Positions 13,231-25,688 of a stretch of DNA of 64,000 bases are shown here, piece after piece. The notes below the pieces were generated by a model that saw only the letters and a program-made list of their open reading frames with translations, did no database searches and had not been told where the DNA came from. The position numbers and the translations under genes are program-made. Source of the DNA: Octopus vulgaris (lineage: Eukaryota); the NCBI GenBank assembly GCA_951406725.2, contig OX597821.1, positions 98,394,001-98,458,000 of the forward strand, written 5' to 3'. Each line of letters opens with the position of its first letter. Positions within the stretch are counted from its first letter, which is position 1.

Positions 13231-14492
13231 CAGAATGCACATAATTCTACATTAATTCACTTCATCCACCTGGCTGTCAATAGGAATTGGTATCAGATAA
13301 TCTGAAGAATGTCAAGTGTGACAAGCTGGCATTCTATCCGAAACAAGATTTATTTCACCTGCTAAATACAAAAAAAAAAAAAAGTGTTGACCAACTGGTT
13401 GGAAGCATAATCCAGCAAAATGGAATAATGGGGTTACATTGATAATTAGGCATTATTATAAAAACACTGGAGTCAGACCCACCTGAGCAGATCTCTGACA
13501 TGTAGTGAGATTGTTGAAGTTCAGATCCAGTACTATGTATATTTGATGCCACAGTAGAGTTAAAAACCATACTTTGTATACTGAATGGTCATTGTGTACA
13601 CAAAGACCATACTGTAACTGTGTATATTCAATGCTACTAAGCAGTAAAAGACCATACCCAGGACTAGTTACATATCTTCACCCAGGCACTCCTGTCATAA
13701 TTACAGCCCATCACTTCACTTCCTAGACCCTACACTAACTTTGCTAAGTGTCTCCTTCCTAGAACATCATGCACTCCCTGGGATTCCCTTTCTTCCAATC
13801 ATTGGCACACAGGGTTCAAACTAAGCATTAACTGCACTGATTTTAACAGGACCCCAAAGAGTCAGCAAAGATCATATGCAGAATCCTTCTTTCATCCTGA
13901 CTGAAATATTTGAAACAATATAAAAGCATCACTCACGTAGTGGCGTTAATCAAATAGACTGTTCCCTCCCGAATAATTAAAGGGTCTTGTACGTACATGA
14001 GAAATCACGGCAGCATTGGAACAGGAGGATAGATCCTAGGATTAAAAGTCTTCCATCTCACTAATATTCTTGTGTCTATCTTATCCTGAATAGTTGTATT
14101 ATTTATAATGCAGTAACTGCAGTAAAAGCAACAACAACAACAACATTAGAAATAACACAGATGACTCAGTATGCAAACTGCTGCTGCTGCTAAAATTTGC
14201 AGCATAGATATATCTAAACATTTTTATCAATAAACTATCCCAGAAAAGTTACAGAAACCAGACAAAGATCAGATACACAGACTGGATGGACCAGACACAC
14301 ACATACATAATTAGACTAGTTTCATTCATATATTATTGGTTCCAACAGACATTTACCAATCTTTACAACAATGCTGACAGTTACGAATACTCACACAGAT
14401 ATAACCACTGTTATATGCTGGTATACCACAGATGTGTTGCATTTGTGTGTGATTGTGTGTGTATATATACATATACATATATATATATATAT

Positions 14493-14885
14493 GTGCAGGA
14501 GTGGCTGTGTGGTAAGTAGCTTGTTTACCAACCACATGGTTCCGGGTTCAGTCCCACTGTGTGGCACCATGGGCAAGTATCTTCTACTATAGCCTCGGGC
14601 CGACCAAAGCCTGGTGAGTGGATTTGGTAGACGGAAACTGAAAGAAGCCCGTCGTATATATGTATATATATATGTGTGCGTGTATGTATGTCTGTGTTTG
14701 TCCCCCCAACATTGCTTGACAACCAATGCTGGTGTGTTTATGTTCCCATCACTTAGCGGTTCGGCAAAAGAGACCGATAGAATAAGTACTGGGCTTACAA
14801 AGAATATGTCCCAGGGTCGAGTTGCTCGATTAAAGGCGGTGCTCCAGCATGGCCACAGTCAAATGACTTAAACAAGTAAAAGAGT
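14493..14885 (+). mobile_element. tRNA-derived SINE with internal (TA)/(TG) microsatellite (family C)
   Basis: GCAGGAGTGGCTGTGTGGTAAG..GGTTCAGTCCC head, internal microsatellite, tail GGCGGTGCTCCAGCATGGCCACAGTCAAATGACTTAAACAAGTAAAAGAG; about 10 copies in the window. Confidence 0.9.
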
Positions 14886-14965
14886 ATATATATAAGGCAG
14901 TGTGTGTGTGTGTGTGTGTGCGTGTGTGTGTGTGTGTAAGGGTGTAGCCATGTGGTTTTTCTCCA

Positions 14966-15344
14966 GGTGCAGGCATGGCTGTGTGGTAAGAAATTTACTT
15001 CCTGATCATATGGTTCCAGGTTCAGTCCCACTGAGTGGCACCTTGAACAAGTGTCTTTTACTACAGCCTCAGGCTAACTAAAGCCTTGTGAGTGGATTTG
15101 GTAAAAGTAGACTGACAGAAGCCAGTTGTGAGTGCGTGTCTGTGTGTCCTCCATCACTGCTTGATAACCAGTGTTGGTGTGTTTACATTCCAGTAACTAA
15201 GCAGTTTGACAAAACAGACTGATAAAGTACCAAGCTTTAAAGAAAAGTAAAAAAAAAGTACTGGGGTCAATTCGTTTGACTAAAATCCTTTAAGGTAGTA
15301 TCCCAGCATGGCCACAGTTTAATGACTGAAACAAGATAAAAAGA
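14966..15344 (+). mobile_element. Family C SINE, older subfamily
   Basis: Diverged full-length copy in tandem with the preceding one. Confidence 0.8.
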
Positions 15345-15503
15345 TGTTTCCATGGCTATTACATTGAAATAATAATGTATTGGAGTTTAGCAGCATATTA
15401 AAGAACTGAGCTCTTTAGTACCATGGATCCATTTTTCCAGTGCCTAACCACTAATATCACCCCCCCCATCTCTCTCTGTGTCATGCAGACATATATAGAT
15501 ATA

Positions 15504-15823
15504 CTAGCATTATGACCCGTCGTTGCTGGATCATAGTGCTAGTGCATGTATATATGTGTATATATATGTATGTGTACGTATTACATGCACATCTATATAT
15601 ATACATCTACACATAAAATACAAAGTTATATCTTGATATCGCTAATGATAACAATACTCAAAATATATAACAGACTGGAATTGTAGGCCCGTCTCTTGCA
15701 ATTTCGATCAATTGTATCTTGAGTAAGGCATGTGTAAAATTTGAATGAAATTGGTTGTGTAGTTCTCAAGTTTTAGGGAAACACACAGACAGACAGACAT
15801 TCTCAGTTTTATATATATAGAGA
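15504..15823 (-). mobile_element. Non-autonomous Helitron
   Basis: Minus strand begins TCTCTATATATATAAAA with (GTCT)n and ends with a subterminal hairpin-like segment plus CTAG. Confidence 0.65.
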
Positions 15824-17124
15824 TACGCATACATACACACACATACGCATACAAAATACATGTGTTGCAAGTTAGCACATACCACTGATGCTTGATATGT
15901 TAGAATAAATAGTTATTAAATTATATGCAAAATATACAATTACAGCATGGCTGCTCACATCGAAGTCCCAGGTTCAATTCCACAGTATAGCATCTTGGGT
16001 AAAGAGTCATTTACCCTAGTCTCAAGTCAACTGAAGTTTTGTAAATGTAACTGGGCAAATCGAAATTACATAGAGGTCAATCAAATGAATCATATCAGAA
16101 AGTTCCAGCTTTGTCCCATATCGTGTCACACTGACCCATTCCATGATTTACATTAAGGATACATATGTCTGTGGAATACTCATCCAATTACAAGATAATT
16201 CAATAAGCAAGTAGTTCAGTCGGCCAAACTGAAAAGTCATTGTTGAAAGTGGTGGAGATACATTTCCCTTAGTCTATGCTTATATATATGCAACTCTGAT
16301 ATAGTGATATAAACTAGTCTGTATATATATACTAATATACAACACTGATATGGTATTATTGTAATAACTGAACTGAAACTACCACAGAACATTATTGAAT
16401 TATTTTACTGATGATCACATTGCATAATTTATTGATTTGTCTATGTGGGATAGAGACAGATAACCAGAGAGTGGGAGGTAGCAACAGATCCTAATATCTT
16501 AACGGCATGTATGAAGACAAAATCTACAAATAGAATACTCTCTAATCAATCCAACTGTAGTCTGTCCTACTGAGGATTAATTAACTTCCCACTGTCAGAG
16601 GTATCCATCAATGGATGATTAACTGCTGATTTCAATGTAACACCAGTAGATTACAACCACTCAACCTTTTCGTGGTCACTTTATCTGTAAGAAATAGTAG
16701 CCAAATCAACTTTAAGCCACACTTTCTCGTCATAAAAAAATGAAGGACACATAATGCAGTCCTAGGACACACTGTACAAGAAAGAAAACTGAAGATCACA
16801 GAGGAAACACTTGATTATATCAGGATCAAAGGCAGTGAGGTGGCAGAATCATTAGCACATCAGACAAAATGCTTAGTGGAATTTTGTTCATCTCTATATT
16901 CTGAGTTCAAATTCCACTGAGTTTGACTTTGCTTTTCATTCTTTCAGGGGTTGATAAAATAAGTACCGGTTGCAAACTGGAGTTGATGTAATCAACTTAT
17001 CCCCCTACCACGAACTTGCTAGTTTTGTGCCAAAATTTGAATGCATTATGTCAGGATCGAGAGTGACCCGGGGCTAAACAATAGCAACAACAGTGAGTTT
17101 TCTAGCTACCATATATCCACAGGA

Positions 17125-17359
17125 GGTGGTGAGCTGGCAGAATCGTTAGCATGCCGGGGGAAATGCTTAACGGTATTTCGTCTGCCGCTACGTTCTGAGT
17201 TCAAATTCCGCCGAGGTTGACTTTGCCTTTCATCCTTTCCGGGTCGATTAAATAAGTATCAGTTACGCACTGGGGTCAATATAATCGACTTAATCCGTTT
17301 GTCTGTCCTTGTTTGTCCCCTCTATGTTTAGCCCCTTGTGGGCAATAACAAGAAAAATA
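17125..17359 (+). mobile_element. Family D SINE, full length
   Basis: TSD CATATATCCACAGGA(GGT) starting at 17110 and 17360. Confidence 0.9.
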
Positions 17360-18358
17360 CATATATCCACAGGAGGTAACAAGCCCCTTTGTGAAAGTTG
17401 CTTCTATCTCCAGTGTCTGGGTAGGTAGAGCAATTTCAGAGTTAACTGTTTTGATACCAACACACCTGGGACAGACCCTAGCTCTAAAATACAAATTCAC
17501 TGTTTCAAATTGATCTGAATCCAAACTGACACGTTTTCCAATTTTTTCTCTGTTTTTTTCCTATATAACACTTTAAACTATGTGACTGCTATTTCAAAGG
17601 ATAGGGTTTTTGAAAGAGAAGATTGCTAAAGATGGCAGAATGGTCAAAGGATCATGTGAACCCTGCAAAGTCTAAAGAATTGATATAAAAGAGAAACACC
17701 CATATCACAGCATCAAAGAAATGGGTTTCTTCTACACCCAACATGTGATTGATGCCAGACCTGATACAGCAGTTTTTACCATACCATTTGTTTCTCTCTT
17801 TTTCTGATGATGTTCTTCAAACACATCCAGCATGAACTTCCTTTTTAAAGACATGACATATTTGGTTGCTATTTCTAGCAGATTTAGGGACCACAGAAAC
17901 AAGCTTTCTGTCACTGGCTTGTTGGTATTCGGTAGTGATGTTATGGGTCCAAAAGTTGCAATGACAGATCTGATAGACAATATCTGCACTAATTATTATT
18001 GGTCATAAATTCACCAATAGCCCAGGTTGGTGAAATTGATGGGGGCTGGTGTTCACTTTGAACATCTGTGTGTTTGCAGTCTGAAGATGAACTATGGACA
18101 AGGAGAGGAGTCAAATGGGAAGTCTTCAAAGGAAGACAGGTGGTGGGTGGAGGTGGGGCCCCATTTAGTGCAATCTACAATAGGAATAAATGAACATAAG
18201 GGAGGTGAATATGTAGGATAGAGAAAGCCAGCAATTAGTTAGCTAATCTGTTCAAAGAGACCATAATAAAAGGCAGCAGCACGGTGTTCATGTTAAATTA
18301 TATGACCTTAACCCTCCTATGGCCATCTTTATTTTTATATGAAATACACAGCTTCAAT

Positions 18359-18833
18359 TATAATAGTTGTATACTGTCAATTTAACGTGACAGTAGGGGA
18401 TTGCACCACCGCTGTTTAGCCCTAGGAAGCATCGACGTTTCCTGATGGCTTCGACACATTTTTTCCTCTGTCCTTATATATATACGAAGGGGAGACAAAT
18501 ACCCCCAACAGCTAGGCCTGCATCTAGAGACACGCATGTTTCAGGGTCTTTGCCCATCATCGGTCTAGAGTAGCAGAAGCCTGCTAGCTGCAGATATCTG
18601 TCTCGACTTCGTAAATATATATATCTAATTTTCAGTGAAGTATATTCACTGATCACCAAAATCAGAAATATTAAATTTCTAAATATCTCATAGAGATATG
18701 TACTATGGTGGGGGCGATATAATAGTTGTATACTGTCAATTTAACGTTGACAGTAGAGGATTAAACCACCGCTGTTTAGCCCTAGGAAGCATCGAACGGC
18801 TCCTGTCGGCTTCGACACATTTACTGTGTCCTT
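18359..18833 (-). mobile_element. Retrozyme-like or Penelope pLTR-like non-autonomous retroelement (1.3 copies of a ~359-bp unit)
   Basis: Direct repeats at 18359-~18475 and 18718-~18833 (offset 359) flank a hairpin-rich core that contains a hammerhead ribozyme; no ORF; interrupts a degraded MITE-A. Confidence 0.7.
18509..18590 (-). ncRNA. Type I hammerhead ribozyme (minimal stem III, U4C core variant)
   Basis: Minus strand reads UCUAGA-CCGAUGA-UGGGCAAAGACCCU-GAAA-CAUGCGUG-UC-UCUAGA. Stem I is 18564-18569/18523-18528, extended by CAGCUAG/CUAGCUG; predicted cleavage after GUC, between 18529 and 18528. Confidence 0.75.
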
Positions 18834-19127
18834 TTAATTTTGCAAAATAATTAGAAATAAAATAACTTAAAATTCAACTGATATGTGGGATGTGGCTGAT
18901 ATAAAGGTTCTTAGGAAAATTTACAATAGAATGTTTTATTTAAATATGAACACTAAAACAGCGGCTCTCAACAATTTTTGTTCTCTATGGACCCCTTTGA
19001 TTCCTATTTTATTTGGGTGGACCCCCTCAGCCATTCGACGTTTACATGAAATCCTATTGTATTCTTATGATTGAGTACTGTTAGGAATTGTATTGAAAAA
19101 TTGTTGAAATATTTTGTGTAGCATTAG

Positions 19128-19364
19128 AAGCTCTATCTGCGACGATTTCATCTCAATCGAAGGAGGGGGGCTTTCTCCGTCCGGGTTGTGGATCCATGGA
19201 ATAAACTGCCAGACGAGATGGTGAAGATGCCGATGACCGCTCGGTTCAAAGTCTCCCTTGACCTCAAGTGGCCTGAACTCTTTACATGAACACCACCCTG
19301 TACATAACTCCATGTCCCCCTACATGGCCTTGCTTTTTGAGCCAAAAAACTAACTAACTAACTA
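19128..19364 (+). mobile_element. CR1-type LINE 3' end (5'-truncated)
   Basis: Open frame 19128-19289 KLYLRRFHLNRRRGAFSVRVVDPWNKLPDEMVKMPMTARFKVSLDLKWPELFT* matches the CR1 motif FS.RVV..WN.LP...FK..LD; short 3' UTR and (TAAC)n tail. Confidence 0.85.
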
Positions 19365-20775
19365 GAAGTATAACCAGTTTATTGATTGATTGATTGATTC
19401 TAGTTTCAGCTTATGAGCTGTGGCCATGCTGGGGCACCGCCATTTATTGCACATAAGTTTTTAACAAAATTTTATATGGACAACAGTTGAAAACCACTGC
19501 TCTAAAATAAGGGTTTCTGTATTATTATAAAGCTAGCAGCAATGTCAGGAAAGTTTGTATTGCAAAGGTTAACCTGTACAAGTTGTGAGAGAGATAGAAG
19601 GAAGAAATAGACAGGTGGTGGGGGAGAAAGCACTTTGGCCGAAACAAACACATTCCCCATCTTTACTGCTACATCCTATTACTAATCTAAAACTAATACG
19701 CAATCCCCAATGCCTGTGTAATCCATTCCAAAATCACTGCATCAAATTCAATGGATCATATCTCAACATGTCTCTCCAGCCGCCACATTCAATACTCCAT
19801 GTCTCGCCCACCTTATTACACTATGCCTCTCCACCATGTAGCATTATACCCAGTTTACATGTGCCTTATACAGACTGTCGATAACCAACAGAAGTAACAG
19901 CCCCCCACCCACGAACCCCCCTCTTCCACCCCCACTGTCACTTTTTCATAGTCTAGCTACAATACTATCATTACAAACCACACCCAACTCTAGTTCACCT
20001 AAGTAACACAAAACACACACACACATCCATGGCCACACCCACAAATAGTTGTATCCATTAACTTGCTTCTATAAGATAATTTGTTTGTTGTTCAAGTAAT
20101 TGATGAATGCCCACCCAGCCTAGCCTTTCTTCCTTCAAGGAACCACTGTCATGAAGTACAGAGAGAGAGAGAGAGAGACTATTTTTATAGAGTCACTCAT
20201 GCAAACTGGAGCAATTAGAATATTAAATGCCTTGCTCAGGAGTACCCCTTTCATGATTTGAACTTAGTACCAAGTAGATGGTAGTCCAGGAACTCAACCT
20301 CAAGGACAAACATCTTATATAGGAATAAAAATGCATCTCCCACCCACACTCCCAGCATGTTTGTTTATCTTTTTTTTTAAATTCATTTATTAATGTCAGC
20401 CTGAAGTTAGTAACAGAATAAAAAGAAAGAGCATATGTCTGTGTATGTAGGATGGTCAACGGCTGTAAACTCATTAGATGTGGAGGCGGTTAGCACAGTT
20501 GTATGGTTTACAGTGGATGTTATAACATTTTTCTTTTATAATAGATATTTATTAGTGAGTGTGAGTGCATGTGTACATATATGTGTAAATACACATGTAT
20601 GTGTGCTGGTATGCACGAGCAACTATGTGCAGGTATGCATGTGTACATAAGCACACACATGGTTATGTATTAGGTTTGCTCCACAACCACATAATCTTGA
20701 ATGGTTTCAGTGTGTTATCTTAAGTGTCTTGCCCTAAATTGATCAGTGTAATACTTTGAGAATGAAATTGGTAGG

Positions 20776-20822
<47 letters not shown>

Positions 20823-20922
20823 TGTGTGTGCGTGCGTGTGTGTGTGTGCGTGTGTGCGTGTGTGTGTATTCGTGTATGCTTATGTGTATGTGCAACTGCT
20901 CCTATATCTGTCTCTGCCTTAA

Positions 20923-21144
20923 CCCTTTTGATACCAACCCGGCCAAAACTGCCCCTGGCTCTGTGGTACAAATGTCTTACTTTCATAAGTATTGAATTAA
21001 AATCTTCCACCAAACCTTAGTCGCAATTTATGTTCCCAACACTAGTTTAATGATAACTAAGTACTTTTAATAAATTCTTTGTTATATTTAAAATTAATTG
21101 AATGAAACAAAGGGCATCTCCAAATAAACACGGTAACGAAAGGG
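20923..21144. mobile_element. piggyBac-type MITE-A
   Basis: TTAA|CCCTTTTGATACC...GGTAACGAAAGGG|CTAA; homologous to 34022-34241. Confidence 0.85.
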
Positions 21145-22734
21145 CTAATACCATTTGGAAAAAAAAAACCTGGCATGTGTTCATGTTACTTAGCTGTGTG
21201 CAGTACTGATGCTGATATGGTCAAGTAAACCCTACCCTCAAGTACTTTACTGACACTAACCCCAGAACAAAGTCGACCTTCATGCAATTTGGACTCAAAA
21301 CAAAGGGACATAGCTAAATACTTACTGCAAAAAAGTTTGTCTTTTATTGCTGTAGCTGTCACAACTTTGGAAAATAATAATAATTCTACTTTGGGGAAAA
21401 GAAATTAGTTGATTACAATAAACCCCAGTACTTGACTGGTACTTTATTTTATTGATCCCAAAAGCATGAAAAGCAAAGTTGACCAGAGTGAGATTTGAAT
21501 TCAGAATGTAAAAAGTGAGAAATATCACAAAGCAGTTTGTCTTCATGTTAACGATTCTGCCAGCTCACTACCCTGATAATAATAATTCTAAGTTTTGGCA
21601 TAAGGTCAGCTAATTTCAGGGGTAAGGGAGGTCAATTTGTTTTGTTGACCCCCCCCCTTCCTCTCAATGATAAAAAGCGATGTCAACCTTGGCAGAATTT
21701 TAACTCAGAATACTCAGAAGAAATGTCATTAAGCATTTAATCTGACACGGTAATGATTCTACCTGTTTGCTGCCTGAAGAATAGTATTTTTTGTTTTATT
21801 TCTATGGTTTGGGAAAGGAAAGGCAATGCACACATCACATTACAGGACCTCCAATAGGATATCAAGCTATCTTCAGATAAGAGCTGGTTCAAATACTTGC
21901 AACAGAGTGGACTCCACTAAAGCTACCTAAGAACCTGATGGTAGTGTTAAACTAAATGATGGATAAAGTCTACCCCAGTGGCACAGGGACACAAATTTTA
22001 CAGGGAAAAAGTATAGTCAAATTAACCTCCAATACTAGAGCAATGAAAGGCAGTCAACCTTTATGAGATTTGGAATCGGAACAAGGGGAGATAAATACTG
22101 CAAAGCATTTTACCCTCTACCAATTCAGCCATTAACTACTACAAATAAAAATAATAATAATAATTATTGTTATTAGAATAATAATAATTTGTAATCTAAG
22201 ATGGTGATTTCAGCAACTGGTCTTGTTAGTTGGTGCTGTGTGTAATTTTCTATGGCATTACTGGTTTCAGAAAGTGTGTCAACAAAAGGCGACACAAATT
22301 TAAGAGACTTTTTTTTTTCTTTTTGTGTGTATATTTTTATTCTCATTCTTTCTCACTTTACCCACCAAATCCAAGCTTAACAAAATTTTATTTTTTATGG
22401 AATGAATACAGCTGCAAACAACATACTCATTATATAATTTGGGCTTTATAAGAAATCTTAATGGATTGATCTACAATCAACTGGAGTCCAGTGATATATA
22501 AATAGAAATATATAAACAGTAGTCAGTGAGTGGAATCATTAGAACGTCCGGTCGATCCTTTGCTGTATATGTTCCAGCTCTTTCGTTCAAATCCTGCCTC
22601 TATTTCTAAAGTCAAAATAAAACACCAGTCATTTATTGAAATCAATCCACCCTCTCTCTCTCTCTCTCTTACAACCAGCTGATCTCTGCCTGGTTATTCA
22701 TTCAAATGAGAATGTCAACTGGTCCCAAGAGGAG

Positions 22735-23330
22735 GAATGAGCTAGGAGCTAACAACCATTTCTCATAAAAAGTATCTTGCTACAAAACTAACCCTAAAAG
22801 CCCTAACCCTAAAAGAAATTTTTTTTTTTTAATTATGATGACAACTTATCAGAAGCAGATGTGGTGGATGTAAATGGACCAATGTGAAGTGCGGCATGGG
22901 ACATGATAGGTACAAGAGCCAATGGCCCCGTAGATCAGACATTGTATTTTCTTGTAGCATAATGACAGTGTTGGTGTGTGTTCATATAAATAGCTCCATT
23001 TATATGCATCAGAAGTCCAACCCTCCTGATACACTGTTCAGTTAAGAACTCTAACCAAAGACAGAATTGGTAAACTACCAGGAATCTTTGTTTTTATTCC
23101 TATAATGCTTGAGGAAAGTTAGCCTGGCAGAGTCCGCTACATCCATGGGTAATGGAGATGAAGGATCTGAGCCCAGCACTGGAAGCTTAACAAAATACTC
23201 AACGTTCTGGTATGAGAAGTGAAAATGTCATACAGCCATTAACAAGTTGTTGGATTTACATAAAAATCATCTCTATGCAGTTTGTTAAGAAATAAGTCAG
23301 CCCAGCTGCATTCATGGGGAAGAGAAACAT
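22735..23330 (+). mobile_element. Degraded RTE LINE 5' UTR and endonuclease start
   Basis: GAGCTAACAACC..TAAAAA..TGCTACA RTE-like UTR motif, followed by remnants of (N)VRTL and SG..HGVGF-like motifs in broken frames. Confidence 0.35.
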
Positions 23331-23463
23331 TTATAGTTAAAGATGGGAAACCGACAAGACATAATTATCTCCCCCCTTACTACTCTCTTGTTCTTCACTA
23401 AATAGAGATTTGTTACTGTTGATATTTTGATCAACTTCAAATTTTCGACAAACTGTGACCAAT

Positions 23464-23849
23464 AGGAGTGGCTGCATGATAAGTAGCTTGTTTACCAACC
23501 ACATGGTTCCGGGTTCAGTCCCACTGCGTGGCACCTTGGGCAAGTGTTTCTACTATAGCCTCAGGCCGACCAAAGCCTTGTGAGTGGATTTGGTAGACAG
23601 AAACTGAAAGAAGCCTGTTGTATATATATAAATATATATATATGTATGTGTGTGTCCCCCTAGCATTGCTTGACAACCGATACTGGTGCATTTATGTCCC
23701 CATTACTTAGTGGTTCGGCAAAAGTGACCGATAGAATAAGTACTGGGCTTACAAAAGAATAAGTCCAGGGGTCGAGTTGCTCGATTAAAGGCGGTGCTCC
23801 AGCATGGCCGCAGTCAAATGACTGAAACAAGTAAAAGAGTAAAAGAGTA
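23464..23849 (+). mobile_element. Family C SINE
   Basis: Near full-length match to other family C copies. Confidence 0.9.
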
Positions 23850-24032
23850 ATAATTTGGTGATTTTATTTGAAATAAAGATTTGAGTCCAATCACAGCCCA
23901 ATCATGCACAAATGTGCGTGTGTCAAATGTACCAGCTGATTATCACAGATCAATCAGTACAAAATGTTTCGTTGTTTAGCCCCGAGTTAACCCTTGTTGA
24001 GCAAAGTTATGACCGAAAGCACTCCAGCCACA

Positions 24033-24431
24033 GATCTTTTCCTTTTGAACGGCACACAATTTCTAGTTAACTAAACACTTTAAAACTTCGTATACTGGTA
24101 GAATGTGTCAAAATAAAACATTTTGTTCTCTTGGCTTTCTTGATAAAATTGTAATTCGTTTGTTTAACGTAGTTTAATTTTTCGAATTTTAACCAATGAA
24201 TTGCCTCTAATTGACCTAAAATCATTTGCTGCGTCTAAAACTGAGACAACAGCCTGTCACTAACCCTAAACCTCTCCCTAACCCTAAATTTTTTTTCTTA
24301 ATTGTTAAATTATTTTAATTGTTACGCGTGTAAAAAAAACGAAAGCAATGGAAAATAATTTAAACAATTAATAAACAAAATAATTCTATAATTTTATACA
24401 CACGCTTTCCGTATACGTACGGAAAAGATCC
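24033..24431. mobile_element. MITE with short TIR and 8-9-bp TSD (hAT- or Mutator-type), containing TAACCC motifs
   Basis: TIR GATCTTTTCC / GGAAAAGATC; TSD CCAGCCACA at 24024-24032 and 24432-24440. Confidence 0.75.
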
Positions 24432-24789
24432 CCAGCCACAACTATCCTGTCTTTTTCTTAGAGCGTACTTAAGATTACACTATGTGTCCATCTGCTCATT
24501 TGGTTGCTATTCCTAGTCAAGAACCATGTAAAGGTTTTCTCATTGGCTCATAGTGCTTTACAAAACAGACAGGGTATAATGTGATGTGAGTGTGTCTGTA
24601 TGTGAGTGTGCACATATGTTTACATCTCGTGCACTTTGTTGAGTGACAAGCAGTGAAGTTTGTTACAATCCTGTTAAATTGTCAGTTGGCTCTGCACTTT
24701 CAAAGACATGTAGAATAAGAGATCCCTTACTTAAAAGACAGGTAATGTTTACTGACAAATACCTTTCCTTCTTGTGACACAAACCCTAC

Positions 24790-25230
24790 CTGTGAAGACC
24801 TGTCGAGGCAAGTGAAAATCAAAATCGTTCAGCATCAATGGAAATTGTAGCTGTGATACCAGTGCCGGTGGCACGTAAGAGAACCATCCGAACGTAGCCG
24901 TTGTCAGCGCCGCCCCGACTGGCCTCCATGCCGGTGGTACGTAAAAAGCACCATCCGATTGTGGCCGTTGCCAGCCTCGTCTGGCCCCCGTGCTGGTGGC
25001 ACATAAAAAGCACCATCCGGTCGTGGCTGTTTGCCAACCTCGTCTGGCACCTGTGCAGGTGGCACATAAAAAGCACCTACTACACTCTCGGAGTGGTTGG
25101 CGTTAGGAAGGGCATCCAGCTGTAGAAACACTGCCAGATCAGACTGGGCCTGGCGCAGCCTTCTGGCTTCCCAGACCCCAGTTGAACCGTCCAACCTATG
25201 CTAGCATGGAAAACGGACATATGATGATGA
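24790..25230 (+). mobile_element. Family M SINE-like element, longest copy
   Basis: Four internal ~55-60-bp GTGCCGGTGGCAC.TAAAAAGCACCATCCG units, V/Meta-type domain, (GAT)n tail. Confidence 0.85.
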
Positions 25231-25446
25231 AGGGCATCTGGTTGTAAAATGATATCTCAGTAACATGTTCATTTAAATGCTATGACAAGAAAATAGTTGT
25301 AACAAGAAACAAACAAGATGAATTCCTTTTAATCCTTTAGCATTCAGATTTCTTTGTTAAACGTAATACTTATTCATTCCCATTGTTTTGAATTACTCAC
25401 GCATTATTTTGTAGTTACAAGATTTAAATGGTATACTCTTATACTA

Positions 25447-25654
25447 TTTTACTTGTTTCAGTCAGTTGACTGCAGCCATGCTGGAGCACCGCCTTTAGTC
25501 GAGCAACTCAACCCCGGGACTTATTCTTTGTAAGCCCAGTACTTATTCTATCGGTCTCTTTTGCCGAACCGCTAAGTGACGGAGACATAAACACACCAGC
25601 ATCGGTTGTCAAGCAATGCTTGGGGGAACAAACACAGACACACAAACATACACG

Positions 25655-25688
<34 letters not shown>

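Noticed and set aside
13270-13358. Strong minus-strand acceptor-like site (poly-T then TAGCAG)
   Set aside because: All three frames hit stops within about 50 nt and there is no good donor; a non-coding exon cannot be excluded
17361-17483. Minus-strand open frame after a TTTTAG acceptor (ARVCPRCVGIKTVNSEIAL...)
   Set aside because: Weak donor, a SINE inserted at its end, and no recognisable homology
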